DNA of 64,000 nt from Escherichia coli (GTDB lineage: Bacteria > Pseudomonadota > Gammaproteobacteria > Enterobacterales > Enterobacteriaceae): the NCBI RefSeq assembly GCF_051903065.1, contig NZ_CP178438.1; one strand, written 5' to 3'. Position 1 is the stretch's first letter. Each line of letters begins with the position of its first letter. Below the pieces are notes generated by a model. The model was not told where the DNA came from and ran no database searches. It saw nothing but the letters and a program-made list of their open reading frames with translations. Position numbers and translations under genes: made by a program. Shown piece by piece: positions 53,830 to 64,000 of the stretch.

Positions 53830-55062
53830 TCACCGCTCCTCCGCCAGCTCGGCAGCCTGATGTTGGTGCACGCGATTGAGCAATCCGGCCAGGGTGAAAA
53901 CGACGATAACGCCTGCCACAACGGCTAACAGATGAAACGGCAAGCGACCGCCGTTAAACCACAGCCAGCGGCCGATTTCGACCGAGACAGACATCACCAT
54001 CAGGATCACCATATTCAGCGATGCGGAGACGGTCCCTTTCGGTAAGTTATTGGAGAAAAGCGTAAAGCGGAATAAGGTCGGGAAAATCAAACCAATCCCG
54101 AAAGCATACAGACTGGTGCCCAGCACCGACCACAGCCAGACGTGCGGTGACAGCAGATTGCCGATAATCAACAGCGCGAGGCCAACCAGTTGAATGGGTA
54201 CGGCACGCCAGATAAAGCGCGGTTCGGTCGGATCTTTAACGAAACGCGCCACGATGGCATTCGCGACAATCACCGCGCCGAATACCGGAACCTGTGTCCA
54301 GGCGAACTGCGAGGTCGTTAAGCCGCCTGCGTCAATCAGGATCACCGGCGAGACAGCCACCCAACTCATCATTGGGATATAGCTTAAAGAGATGGTTGCT
54401 GCGCCAAAGAGGAACAGCCGATTGCAAAAGACATTACGAAAATCGCGCAAGACGCTTTTGGCGCTAAATGGAACCGCGCCGCGCTTCACCGTCTCTGGCA
54501 TCGCCAGCAGTAAGCCAACAAATGAGATAAAACCCATAACCGCAATGATGGCAAAAAGGACTTTCCAGTGCACAAAGTGCATCAGAGCTGCGCCGGAAAG
54601 CGGGCCAATAATCGGCGCAATCAGTACGATGGAGGTGATAATCGCCATCAACTTGATCCCTTTTGTCTGTCCGAACGCCTCCTGCACCGTGACATAACCA
54701 ACGGTAGCAATAAAACAGATACTGGTGCCCTGAATTGCACGCGCGATAAGAAACTGTGTCATAGACGTTGTGAACATTGTCGCGGCGCAGGCAAGGGTAA
54801 AAATGAGCGCCCCGGTAATCAGCACTGGCCTGCGGCCAATCCTGTCGGAAAGCGGCCCCAGCAGCCACTGCAATGCCATGCCTCCAGCGAGATAGAGACT
54901 GACGGCAGCCGGGGCCAGACTGACATCGGCATTAAAATCACGGACCACATTAATGATCCCTGGCTGGATCAGGTCCGTCGAAAGATAGGCGGCAAAGTCA
55001 TACAAAATCAACGCCATCGGGAAAAACAGCGTGGCGGCATGGCGGGCAAAAAAACGTGGCAT
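53830..55062 (-). CDS. mdtM: Multidrug efflux MFS transporter MdtM (YjiO), 410 aa
   Basis: [27 protein letters not shown]...; 12-TMS MFS transporter. Confidence 0.9.
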   Translation of the reverse strand: MPRFFARHAATLFFPMALILYDFAAYLSTDLIQPGIINVVRDFNADVSLAPAAVSLYLAGGMALQWLLGPLSDRIGRRPVLITGALIFTLACAATMFTTSMTQFLIARAIQGTSICFIATVGYVTVQEAFGQTKGIKLMAIITSIVLIAPIIGPLSGAALMHFVHWKVLFAIIAVMGFISFVGLLLAMPETVKRGAVPFSAKSVLRDFRNVFCNRLFLFGAATISLSYIPMMSWVAVSPVILIDAGGLTTSQFAWTQVPVFGAVIVANAIVARFVKDPTEPRFIWRAVPIQLVGLALLIIGNLLSPHVWLWSVLGTSLYAFGIGLIFPTLFRFTLFSNNLPKGTVSASLNMVILMVMSVSVEIGRWLWFNGGRLPFHLLAVVAGVIVVFTLAGLLNRVHQHQAAELAEER

Positions 55063-55528
55063 AACAAACAACTCCTTGTCCGGAGAACCCCAACGGGGAA
55101 AACGAAATTCAATACCGTCGGTAATGACGAAAGGCAGGCGAGAAGGACAAATGTACTGAATTTCATGTAATCAACCACACTGCCTGTGAACACACAGACA
55201 GAGAAATACCTTCTGACTTCGGGTCAGAATGTATAACGATTACAAATAGTCATCAGTACATTACACCTCTTGAATTGATGGGTTGCATAGAAAATATACA
55301 CCTTAAGTGTAATTAAAATTTGCGGTTAATCAAAAGAGCGCGGTGGAAAGGGGAATATCTGCCGGGTACAGGAAATGTAAAACGCGAGCCTGTTTCCGGA
55401 AAAATGTATCGTTTGCAGACGAACAAAAATAGCCTGGAAAGCGCCTCGGGGAACGGGAAATTGCCGGGTGAGAATGGTTTTGTTAGTCGCTAAAGTCGGG
55501 CCATCTTATCAACAGGTGACGGATCGCC

Positions 55529-56473
55529 ATGACAAACTTCACGACCAGCACGCCGCATGACGCATTATTTAAATCTTTTCTCATGCACCCTGACACCGCG
55601 CGGGATTTTATGGAGATCCACTTACCCAAAGATTTACGTGAACTGTGCGATCTCGACAGCTTAAAACTGGAATCCGCCAGCTTTGTCGATGAAAAATTGC
55701 GGGCGCTACACTCCGATATTCTGTGGTCGGTAAAGACCCGGGAAGGCGATGGCTATATCTATGTGGTGATTGAACATCAGAGCCGTGAGGATATTCATAT
55801 GGCCTTTCGCCTGATGCGCTATACCATGGCAGTGATGCAGCGCCATATAGAGCATGATAAACGCCGGTTGCTACCGCTGGTCATCCCGATGCTGTTTTAT
55901 CACGGTAGCCGTAGTCCTTATCCCTGGTCCCTGTGCTGGCTGGACGAATTTGCCGACCCGACTACTGCACGGAAAGTTTATACTGCAGCGTTCCCGCTGG
56001 TGGATGTCACTGTCGTGCCAGACGACGAGATTGTGCAGCACCGCAGAGTCGCCCTGTTGGAGTTGATCCAAAAGCATATTCGCCAGCGCGATCTAATGGG
56101 GCTTATTGATCAACTGGCAGTATTACTGGTTACAGGGTGCGCTAATGACAGCCAGATAACCGCGCTGTTAAATTACATTTTACTGACTGGCGATGAAGCG
56201 CGTTTTAATGAGTTTATCAGTGAACTTACCCGTCGAATGCCACAACACAGGGAGCGAATAATGACGATTGCAGAGCGAATTCATAATGATGGATGGCTGT
56301 TAGGGATGGAAAAGGGGAAAGAAGAAGGGGAACAACGCCTCCTTAGATTGCTTTTGCAGAACGGTGAGGATCCTGAATGGATACAACGATATACTGGACT
56401 TTCGGCAGAGCAAATGCAGGCATTAGAGCAACCCTTGCCTGAAAGCAAGCGCGATCCATGGATCGAGTACTAA
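55529..56473 (+). CDS. rpnD: Recombination-promoting nuclease RpnD (YjiP/YjiQ region), intact 314 aa
   Basis: Rpn/YhgA-like PD-(D/E)xK N-terminus (YVVIEHQS...) and a continuous ORF. Confidence 0.75.
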   Translation: MTNFTTSTPHDALFKSFLMHPDTARDFMEIHLPKDLRELCDLDSLKLESASFVDEKLRALHSDILWSVKTREGDGYIYVVIEHQSREDIHMAFRLMRYTMAVMQRHIEHDKRRLLPLVIPMLFYHGSRSPYPWSLCWLDEFADPTTARKVYTAAFPLVDVTVVPDDEIVQHRRVALLELIQKHIRQRDLMGLIDQLAVLLVTGCANDSQITALLNYILLTGDEARFNEFISELTRRMPQHRERIMTIAERIHNDGWLLGMEKGKEEGEQRLLRLLLQNGEDPEWIQRYTGLSAEQMQALEQPLPESKRDPWIEY

Positions 56474-56563
56474 TCAGAGACTGATGACAAACGCAAAGCT
56501 GCCTGATGTGCTACGCTTATCAGACCTACATTACCTCTGCAATCTATTGAATTTGCGCGATTT

Positions 56564-56603
56564 GTAAGCCGGATAAGGCGTTCACGCCGCATCCGGTATG
56601 AAC
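56564..56603. repeat. REP element between rpnD and yjiR
   Basis: GTAAGCCGGATAAGGCGTTCACGCCGCATCCGG, canonical REP sequence. Confidence 0.7.
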
Positions 56604-56714
56604 AAAGCACACTTTGCCTAAGCCATGCTGGAACGTGGCGATGCCCCTGCAAAGATAAAACGAGTCACAGGCGATTCGTGAGAGGAAATCAGGGGCCTCG
56701 CCACTAATTCGAAA

Positions 56715-58127
56715 TTATTCTATTGCCCGATACACGGCCTCGCCAATTTGCTTCAGTGCTTCGCGATAGGTTTCGCTGAGCGGCAAAGCGCAGTTGATGC
56801 GCAGACAATTACGGTATTTGCCGGAAGCCGAGAAAATCGAGCCTGCCGCCACCTGGATTTTCATGCGGTACAGCTGCCGCGCGACGCAGACCATATCGAC
56901 CTGTTCAGGCAATTCTATCCACAGTAAAAATCCGCCTTTCGGGCGCGTAATACAGATTTCGCAGGGAAAATATTCCCGTATCCAGCAGGTATAAAGCGCC
57001 AAATTGCGCTGATAGATCTGCCGCATCCGCCGGATATGGCGATGATAGTGACCTTCCAGCACAAACGTTGCCGCCGCCATTTGCGTGGACGGCACATTAA
57101 AGCTGCTGATGGCGTATTTCATATGCAGCAGTTTATCGTGATAACGCCCCGGTGCGACCCAACCCACGCGCAGGCCTGGAGCAATACTTTTACTGAACGA
57201 GCTGCACAACAGCACTCGCCCGTCGATATCCCAGGAATGAATGGTCCGCGGGCGCGGATACTCCGTTGCCAGTTCGCCGTAGACATCATCTTCAAAAATC
57301 ACAATATCATGACGCTGAGCGAGAGAGAGAACGGCCCGTTTGCGCGCGTCCGGCATAATAAATCCCAGCGGATTATTACAGTTTGGCACCAGAATGATGC
57401 CTTTAATCGGCCACTGTTCCAGCGCCAGCTCCAGCGCTTCAACGCTGATGCCAGTTTCTGGATCGGTTGGGATTTCAATCACTTTCACGCCCATGCCGCG
57501 CAGCATCTGCATTGAACCGTAATAACAGGGGGATTCGACCGCGACAATATCGCCCGGTTTACACACCGCCATTAACGCCATCGACATCGAGTTATGGCAG
57601 CCGCTGGTGATGATGATGTCATCGGCGGTGACCACCGAGCCGCTGTCGAGCATCAGGCGGGCAATCTGCTCTCGCAATACCCGCTGACCGGCTAACAAGT
57701 CATAACCGAGAACGGTTTGCAGATTATGCTGTACCACCCGGCTTAGCTCCCGCCAGAGTGGTTTCAGGCTGGGCGTTTCGACATCCGGTGTGCTTTTGCT
57801 TAACGGAACAATGGAACTGTCGCTATGCGCCTCCAGCATATCCAGCACCTGATCCCACTGGGTAATTTCCACCGGGCGTTGCACCGGACGCGTCATCGGC
57901 GGCACTGGCGGTTGGGCTTTACGTTGTGCGACAAAATAACCCGAACGCGGCTGCGGAGTGATGAGCTTCATCGTCTCCAGCGTCTGATACGCCTGCTGCA
58001 CGGTGCTGATGCTGACGCCGTGCTCCTGACTTAAGCTGCGCACCGACGGCAATTTCTCCCCGTGACGATACAGCCCTTGCTCAATCCGCTCGGCAAGCAG
58101 AGTTGCCAGATGTTGATAACGCGTCAT
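56715..58127 (-). CDS. yjiR: MocR-type regulator YjiR (GntR helix-turn-helix fused to PLP-dependent aminotransferase-like domain), 470 aa
   Basis: N-terminal HTH (LPSVRSLSQEHGVSISTVQQAYQ) plus aminotransferase fold; K-12 length. Confidence 0.9.
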   Translation of the reverse strand: MTRYQHLATLLAERIEQGLYRHGEKLPSVRSLSQEHGVSISTVQQAYQTLETMKLITPQPRSGYFVAQRKAQPPVPPMTRPVQRPVEITQWDQVLDMLEAHSDSSIVPLSKSTPDVETPSLKPLWRELSRVVQHNLQTVLGYDLLAGQRVLREQIARLMLDSGSVVTADDIIITSGCHNSMSMALMAVCKPGDIVAVESPCYYGSMQMLRGMGVKVIEIPTDPETGISVEALELALEQWPIKGIILVPNCNNPLGFIMPDARKRAVLSLAQRHDIVIFEDDVYGELATEYPRPRTIHSWDIDGRVLLCSSFSKSIAPGLRVGWVAPGRYHDKLLHMKYAISSFNVPSTQMAAATFVLEGHYHRHIRRMRQIYQRNLALYTCWIREYFPCEICITRPKGGFLLWIELPEQVDMVCVARQLYRMKIQVAAGSIFSASGKYRNCLRINCALPLSETYREALKQIGEAVYRAIE

Positions 58128-58303
58128 GCTGTATTCCTTATTTGGACCATACAGAGAGAAAAACCGGTACAGATGAGGCTAAAAAACCGGATGCAGATGC
58201 TGTTTTAACCTGTCTGTATGTTAAATAAAACTAATATTTGCATCTGTATTGTGAACTGCCAGAAGACGGATGATGAAGCCTCTGAAAGATGAGGAGGCAG
58301 CAG

Positions 58304-58468
58304 ATGGAATTTCACGAAAACAAAGCCAAAACGCCGTTTATCAGACTTGTACAACTCTGGCAGGCGGTGAGGCGTTGGCGGCGGCAAATGCAGGCCCGAC
58401 GGGTGTTACAGCAGATGAGTGATGAACGGTTGAGGGATATCGGGTTACGCAGGGAGGATGTGGAGTGA
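58304..58468 (+). CDS. yjiS: DUF1127 small protein YjiS, 54 aa
   Basis: MEFHENKAKTPFIRLVQLWQAVRRWRRQMQARRVLQQMSDERLRDIGLRREDVE; missing from the ORF track because it is under the length cut-off. Confidence 0.8.
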   Translation: MEFHENKAKTPFIRLVQLWQAVRRWRRQMQARRVLQQMSDERLRDIGLRREDVE

Positions 58469-58510
58469 GGGGGGAAATTCCCCTTCCCGTGTGGGGAAGG
58501 GGAGAGAAAC

Positions 58511-58849
58511 TTAGCGTGGCGTTTTGCTACTAATCACCCCAATAAATTCCTGCACCTGCTTTTGTTTACGCACCGATAGCTTGCACACCTTTCGCAGCGA
58601 CTGCATCAGTTCGCTCTCTTCGATGGCGGGTGGTTGGGCGGTGAGGACAATACAGCCTTCCATCACTTTGACATCTACCGCCGTGCCAGTGGCAAAACCG
58701 GCGGCTTCCAGCCACTGACCTTTCAGGGTGATGGCGGGAATACGGCTGTAATCCGGGTAGCGGCTCGCATAACTCACGGTTAATTGACGGTTATTTGCCG
58801 GGGAGACTTCTGCTTCGAACGGTTGTGCAATAGAATGCGTGTCAGTCAT
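58511..58849 (-). CDS. symE: SOS-induced toxin SymE (type I toxin-antitoxin, AbrB-fold)
   Basis: [52 protein letters not shown]... matches SymE; adjacent to hsd as in K-12. Confidence 0.9.
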   Translation of the reverse strand: MTDTHSIAQPFEAEVSPANNRQLTVSYASRYPDYSRIPAITLKGQWLEAAGFATGTAVDVKVMEGCIVLTAQPPAIEESELMQSLRKVCKLSVRKQKQVQEFIGVISSKTPR

Positions 58850-58920
58850 AACTGCTATTCCTTGAAAATAGTGATTGTGATGAGCGGTGCGGGTGTGTTG
58901 GCGCACATCCGCACCGCGCT
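58840..58920 (+). ncRNA. symR: Probable SymR antisense RNA overlapping the symE start and 5' UTR (ends approximate)
   Basis: Placed from the known symE/symR arrangement (antisense RNA of about 77 nt covering the symE translation start); boundaries not determinable by eye. Confidence 0.4.
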
Positions 58921-58926
58921 AAATAC

Positions 58927-58946
58927 CTGGATATATCATCAGTAAA
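58927..58946. promoter_or_regulatory. Putative LexA box upstream of symE (CTGGATATATCATCAG)
   Basis: CTG-N10-CAG palindrome with AT-rich centre, read directly; symE is a known LexA-regulated gene. Confidence 0.45.
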
Positions 58947-59063
58947 TACAGGGAAAGTCCAGCTAAAAATAGAAAATAATAAAAGCGTTACTGGAAAGAT
59001 CTGGAAGAGAAATTAACGTTAATTCAGAATTGCCGGATAACAAAGTGTATCCGGCCTTCATAA

Positions 59064-62000
59064 TTAATTTAAAGCACTCATATGGTGTTCTTTAAAATTC
59101 TCTGCCTGTGCCAGCACACCCATATAAACATCATCATTCGCTACTGGCGGGAACTTATGCTTGTGTAGAAGCAGAATAAGTTCAACTTTCAGTTTCGCTT
59201 TAATATCATCGCGTTTACTCCAGTCAGGATATTTCGATGTGTTGTCAACCACGCTTTTCATCTCTTTTGCCAGTGACAGCATTTTTTCATCGTCATAGGT
59301 GAACTGATATTTATCGCGCATATGAGCAAGAATGTCGAAAAACGCTTTTTCTTCAATATCAATACCTAAATCGGCCCAGGTGCCCATTTCGGTTTTAATA
59401 TCATAGATAATATCGGTCATTTCCTGACTGAATGTATCGAATTCTTCACCGTTGAGTACATCATCTTCTCGCCGCTCATTATAACGATCTATAATCGCCT
59501 GGAAGCGGCGGGTGAAGTTAATCCCTTGCAACTGGTTCACTTTCTTGAAGTCGCTGATCGCTTTTTCCAGTAATTTTTGTAATAACTGGATCTTCGTTGC
59601 CGGAAGTTTGATCTTGTTAATTCGCGCCAGATAATCTTCGTCAAAAATATCGATGGATTCCGCTTTTTTATCGCCAAGAAAATAAATTTCTTCTACGCCA
59701 TCAGCTTTTAGCGCTTCTGCAATCATTTCACGAACGCGTGCATTCATCTGGGTGACATCCGGTGCGTCACCTTTCGTCAGTTTGAAAACAATTGAACGAA
59801 CAGCAAGATAATAGTGAATATAGTCACGTTCTGTCTGTGATAATGCTTCGCTGCCGCAGCAGACGTCGTAGGCGGCTTTCATGCGTTTAACCAGTCCCAT
59901 AAACCGACGTTCAACTTTCTGGGTACGCAGAACGAATTCCGCCGCGCGGTTGAGGCAGGATAATTGCGCTTGTGGCTCACCACTAAAATAATCCCGACTG
60001 TCAAATTCGTAAAAGACTTGCCCCAACAAATCGAGATGGTTTTTAACTTCTATTACCGATTGCTGAATATCTTCAAAGTTGGTGGCATCAATGCGGGAAT
60101 ACATTGCCAGTGCCTGGTTCATCTGACTTTTAATGCCGATGTAGTCCACCACTAACCCTTTGCTTTTGCCTTCCAGTTTACGGTTAACGCGAGAAATAGT
60201 CTGGATAAGGTTATGTTTTTGTAAGGGCTTATCAATATAGATGGTATCCAGTTCCGGGACGTCGAAACCGGTCAGCCACATGTCAACAACAATGGCAATT
60301 TTGAAATTCGATTTAGCGTTTTTGAACTGCTTATCCAGCTCTTTGCGATATTCTTTTGTGCCCAGTAAATCATAAAGCGCCTCGTCGTCATCTTTACCGC
60401 GCGTCATGACCATCTTCACCATTTCTGAAGGCGGTAACTCTTTCTGCTCCTGCTCCGTCAGGACGACGCCATCAGGTGCTTGCTTCACTTCAAACCAGGC
60501 AGGGCGAATAGCTTTAAGCTGGCGGTAGAAATCCCAGGCAATTTCACGGCTGGCGCAAACAAACATGGCTTTGCCTTTTACGGTGGAACCTTCGGCTACG
60601 CGTTTTTCATAATGTTTAGCAAAATCTTCCGCGAGGGCTTTTAACCGGTCTTCATCACCCAGAACCGCATTCATGGTTGCGGTGGCTTTTTTGCTTTCGT
60701 CGATTTGCCACTCATTGGTGCCTGCGTTTGCGCACTCTTCGTAATACTTTTCGACTTCTTCCAGTTTGCTGGAGTCCAGGATCACTTTAGCCGCACGGCC
60801 TTCGTACACGATGCGCACAGTGATTTCATCCTGAACGGATTCGGTCATGGTGTAACTGTCGATCACCTCACCGAAGACATCGAGCGTCGCGTCAATCGGT
60901 GTGCCGGTAAAGCCAACATAGGTGGCGTTTGGCAGTGAATCGTGCAGGTATTTCGCAAAGCCATAAGTTTTGCGCACTTTTCCGCTTTCTTTATCGACGA
61001 TGACTTTCTGGTCGAGGTTAACCTGGCTGCGATGTGCTTCGTCCGAGATGCAAATGATATTGCTGCGTTCAGAAAGGAGTTCGGTGTCTTCGGTGAATTT
61101 ATGGATCGTTGTCAGGAATACACCGCCACTATTGCGTCCCGCCAGTTGATTACGCAAATCTTCACGGCTGGTAACAGGAACGATGGTGTCGTCGCCAATG
61201 TAATTTTTGGCGTTGCACATTTGCGCAGAAAGCTGATCGTCCAGATCGGTGCGGTCGGTGATCAAAACAATGGTCGGGCTGGCAAACTCCACGCTCTTCA
61301 TCAAAAGACGCGTTAAAAATTGCATGGTGTAACTTTTGCCACAGCCCGTTGCGCCAAAGTAGGTGCCGCCTTTACCGCTACCGAAAGGTTTACGCGCTTG
61401 CTTGATGCTGTAATAGAGTTTGCGGGCGGCATAGTACTGCGGATATCGGCAGCAAATTTTTACTTCGTGCTTGGCTTTATCCGGGAAGCAGATAAAGTTT
61501 TTAATCACATCCAGCAGACGTACCGGATGAAACAACCCCTGAATCATCGAGTGCAATGATGGAATTCCGTCCTGTTCACGGTTTTCATTGCCGGTGACTT
61601 TGCGCCATGAGTAAAAGTATTCATAGGGCGCAAACAGGTTGCCCATCCGGTTATTTACGCCATCGCTAATAATGCAGAGCGCGTTGTAGATAAACAGTTG
61701 CGGAATATCCCGGCGATAGCGTTTACAGAGCTGCTTCCAGGCATCGCCAATACTGGCTTCCTGCTCGCGCACCGCACTTTTAAATTCAAAGACGACCAGT
61801 GGCAGACCGTTGATATAGAGAATGCCGTCAGGAATACGAGTCTGATTATCTTTGCCGGAGATTTTAAGCTGGTTAACAATCTTAATCCGGTTAAGCGGCG
61901 GATTAATATAGAAAGGCGGGAGTTCCGCCGCCTGTTGCAACGGGACATCTTCGGCGTCAAATATCTGGCGCAGTGCGGCAGGTAGATGCCGGGTGTCGAG

Positions 62001-62339
62001 CAATTCAATATAGAGATCTTTTTGTTGCCGATCGTCGCGTTTGAACAGAAAACCATTTGCCAGCCAGCGACAAAATGTTTTGTTGCTTTCATAAAGGTCG
62101 GAGGCCGGAAGCGTGGTGAACTGTTTGATCAGTCGCTGAATCTCTTCTTCAGTAATGCCATCAGGCTGGTAGCGTGCCGCTAAATAATGACGGAGATCGT
62201 CTTCGATAATGACCTGATCGAGACTCGAACGTGGGACATTATCGCCGATCAGGTGTTGATATCCCTGATCCTGTAGCAGTTCAATGATCGCTTGTTCTAA
62301 TTTTGCTTCACTGAAAGAGAGACTCATATCGCGCTCCAA
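59064..62339 (-). CDS. hsdR: Type I restriction enzyme R subunit (HsdR), non-EcoKI allele, about 1090 aa
   Basis: Superfamily 2 helicase motifs (GATGCGKS, DEAH-like) and the overall type I HsdR architecture; N-terminus differs from K-12 EcoKI HsdR; start may instead be the ATG 12 nt downstream. Confidence 0.85.
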   Translation of the reverse strand: MERDMSLSFSEAKLEQAIIELLQDQGYQHLIGDNVPRSSLDQVIIEDDLRHYLAARYQPDGITEEEIQRLIKQFTTLPASDLYESNKTFCRWLANGFLFKRDDRQQKDLYIELLDTRHLPAALRQIFDAEDVPLQQAAELPPFYINPPLNRIKIVNQLKISGKDNQTRIPDGILYINGLPLVVFEFKSAVREQEASIGDAWKQLCKRYRRDIPQLFIYNALCIISDGVNNRMGNLFAPYEYFYSWRKVTGNENREQDGIPSLHSMIQGLFHPVRLLDVIKNFICFPDKAKHEVKICCRYPQYYAARKLYYSIKQARKPFGSGKGGTYFGATGCGKSYTMQFLTRLLMKSVEFASPTIVLITDRTDLDDQLSAQMCNAKNYIGDDTIVPVTSREDLRNQLAGRNSGGVFLTTIHKFTEDTELLSERSNIICISDEAHRSQVNLDQKVIVDKESGKVRKTYGFAKYLHDSLPNATYVGFTGTPIDATLDVFGEVIDSYTMTESVQDEITVRIVYEGRAAKVILDSSKLEEVEKYYEECANAGTNEWQIDESKKATATMNAVLGDEDRLKALAEDFAKHYEKRVAEGSTVKGKAMFVCASREIAWDFYRQLKAIRPAWFEVKQAPDGVVLTEQEQKELPPSEMVKMVMTRGKDDDEALYDLLGTKEYRKELDKQFKNAKSNFKIAIVVDMWLTGFDVPELDTIYIDKPLQKHNLIQTISRVNRKLEGKSKGLVVDYIGIKSQMNQALAMYSRIDATNFEDIQQSVIEVKNHLDLLGQVFYEFDSRDYFSGEPQAQLSCLNRAAEFVLRTQKVERRFMGLVKRMKAAYDVCCGSEALSQTERDYIHYYLAVRSIVFKLTKGDAPDVTQMNARVREMIAEALKADGVEEIYFLGDKKAESIDIFDEDYLARINKIKLPATKIQLLQKLLEKAISDFKKVNQLQGINFTRRFQAIIDRYNERREDDVLNGEEFDTFSQEMTDIIYDIKTEMGTWADLGIDIEEKAFFDILAHMRDKYQFTYDDEKMLSLAKEMKSVVDNTSKYPDWSKRDDIKAKLKVELILLLHKHKFPPVANDDVYMGVLAQAENFKEHHMSALN

Positions 62340-62421
62340 CCCTGGCTAATTTCTGGTAAGCATTCCCGTATCAGTAGAAAACCTTACCAGAAAGCCCCTG
62401 ATTTTACAGGGGCAAAATGCG

Positions 62422-63771
62422 TTATGCAGCTTCTGTATCGGTAGTGAGATCCGGAAGATCTTCCAGGGATAGCTCACCGGAGATGAGTTTCGGGAGCAGG
62501 GTGTCGCGGAGTTTTAATAATATTCTATTATTTTCATTATTTCTTGATATTGCTAATGAAATATTTGAACATATAGAATCAAATTTTCGTTCAACTTCAC
62601 CATTTTCAGAGTGAGATATAACGTGGCTTAGTATTTTACTGGGTGATGTGTGTTTCACAGTTGTGCCAGTAACACTACCTAAAACAGTATTTCTATAGTT
62701 TTGAGATATTAATACTTGGTATATAAATTCTTTTACGGAAGAGGGATGTTTTCCGAGAATGACTCGACCTAAACGTTGATTGTGGAGAAATTGAGTGTCT
62801 TCACGAGAAGGGACTCTAGCGGCATAACCTAAAGAATCACATTCTTTACTTAGATCTGTCATGGATACAAATATGTCATCTACTCCAAAAATATAATCCT
62901 TTGGGATTTCACCTTTATAATATTTGAGTTTGTCAAATTTAAATCCACCTCCGATTCTCACATTTCCTGGCGTCAACAATATCTGATTTGTTTTTGTTTC
63001 TGAAAAATATTCTCCTTTAAAAGCAAAGCCATGCTTAATATCAATTAATTTGCTTAAACCAGAATATATCCATTTAGCAGGTAAGTATCCTACTTCTGTT
63101 TCTTCAAATTCACTTGGGAAAAGCGAGCGGATTTCCGCCGGAAGTGGTTTAAAATCTGCACTATTACGTACTTTTTGACGCAATTCGGTGCGAGTTTGCA
63201 GGGCTTCCGGGATTGGATTTCCTGCATCCAGAGCGTTATCAATCACCGGATCAAAATCCACAAACCAGGATTTGAACAGGGTTTGGGACATTTGTTCCAA
63301 GGTTTGGTTCATGGATGAAAGTGTTGTGATTTTGTCATCAAAAGCTTTGAGACTCTTGACTATTAAATCTTGAACATTTAGCGAAGGAGCAGATATTTCT
63401 ACATTCGCTAGATCATTGATGGTTATTTGGCTTTGAGCAGAACCGCTATCAAGATATCGTAAATTACTCTGTAGAAACAGATAATAAAAATATTCTTTTC
63501 TTACTTTTGTTTCATCCAAATTTATTTTAATGGACAAATTTGTTAAATAACAATCTCTAGTCGTTATTTTAACATCGCCAGTTCCACCAACACCTCGGGC
63601 AACAACAATTAACTCACCTGCCGAAGTATTTTTTTCAGGGTAGCTTTCTGTGTATTTATATCCTGAAAAAATGACATAGTCACCTGTACCAACAAACTCC
63701 TTTTTAGGCATTTTTCCGTATGAAAATTCAGCTATATCACCTAAGCGATATATACACCACTTATTCCCCAT
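62422..63771 (-). CDS. hsdS: Type I R-M specificity subunit (HsdS), about 449 aa
   Basis: Two AT-rich target-recognition domains separated by conserved helices; ATG (MGNKW...) overlaps the upstream hsdM stop by 11 nt. Confidence 0.85.
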   Translation of the reverse strand: MGNKWCIYRLGDIAEFSYGKMPKKEFVGTGDYVIFSGYKYTESYPEKNTSAGELIVVARGVGGTGDVKITTRDCYLTNLSIKINLDETKVRKEYFYYLFLQSNLRYLDSGSAQSQITINDLANVEISAPSLNVQDLIVKSLKAFDDKITTLSSMNQTLEQMSQTLFKSWFVDFDPVIDNALDAGNPIPEALQTRTELRQKVRNSADFKPLPAEIRSLFPSEFEETEVGYLPAKWIYSGLSKLIDIKHGFAFKGEYFSETKTNQILLTPGNVRIGGGFKFDKLKYYKGEIPKDYIFGVDDIFVSMTDLSKECDSLGYAARVPSREDTQFLHNQRLGRVILGKHPSSVKEFIYQVLISQNYRNTVLGSVTGTTVKHTSPSKILSHVISHSENGEVERKFDSICSNISLAISRNNENNRILLKLRDTLLPKLISGELSLEDLPDLTTDTEAA

Positions 63772-64000
63772 AACCCAGCGCCTCCAAATTCTTGCGAATC
63801 GCACGATCCAGTTCTTCCGCCTGCTTCATCTGCTCAAACAACGTCTTCGACAATTCGCGCATTTTCGTCTCAAATGCCACGCCGTCTTCTTCCTGCTCGG
63901 CTGCACCCACATAGCGGCCCGGTGTCAGTACGTAGTCGTTATCTTTAATATCTTGCAGGGTTGCAACTTTGCAGAAGCCTGCCTGGTCTTCATATTTTTC
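63761..64000 (-). CDS. hsdM: Type I R-M methyltransferase (HsdM), 3' end only; the gene runs off the window edge
   Basis: The minus-strand frame reads ...GFCKVATLQDIKDNDYVLTPGRYVGAAEQEEDGVAFETKMRELSKTLFEQMKQAEELDRAIRKNLEALGYGE then stop, a typical HsdM C-terminus. Confidence 0.8.
   Translation of the reverse strand, partial: EKYEDQAGFCKVATLQDIKDNDYVLTPGRYVGAAEQEEDGVAFETKMRELSKTLFEQMKQAEELDRAIRKNLEALGYGE

Noticed and set aside
60705-62183. Plus-strand ORFs of 65-124 aa inside the second hsdR
   Set aside because: Antisense to hsdR, with no independent support.

Overview
This window reads as an Escherichia coli chromosomal segment, syntenic with the K-12 leuX-fim-uxu-yji-hsd region but carrying several accessory insertions. 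All calls are from reading the sequence and ORF track by eye against remembered protein families; no searches were run. Left to right: (1) a 24-bp copy of the leuX tRNA 3' end at 99-122, marking an island junction; (2) an EcoR124I-like type IC restriction-modification operon hsdM-hsdS-hsdR on the minus strand (347-6416), in which hsdM is frameshifted near codon 8 and hsdS carries the family's 12-bp TAEL repeat; (3) the best candidate for a novel system: a compact cluster at 6.7-13.0 kb of an orphan 277-aa protein, a McrB-like GTPase with a non-canonical N-terminus, a translationally coupled McrC-like nuclease, and two divergently transcribed HNH nucleases; (4) nanS-nanM-nanC, the full type 1 fimbrial locus fimB-fimE-fimS-fimAICDFGH with the fimS switch apparently in the OFF orientation, gntP, uxuAB, uxuR, yjiC, an IS1 with 9-bp target duplication, iraD, yjiE, iadA, yjiGH and kptA; (5) a 1746-aa intimin/invasin-type inverse autotransporter, yjiJ, yjiK, an IS903-type element with 9-bp target duplication about 60 bp upstream of yjiK, and a 758-aa pentapeptide-repeat protein with two intragenic tandem-repeat arrays; (6) yjiL-yjiM-yjiN, mdtM, an intact rpnD, yjiR, yjiS and symE; (7) a second, non-EcoKI type I R-M locus (hsdR, hsdS, partial hsdM) at the window's right edge, with no mcrBC at the canonical site next to symE. 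No rRNA, intact tRNA or CRISPR array was seen.
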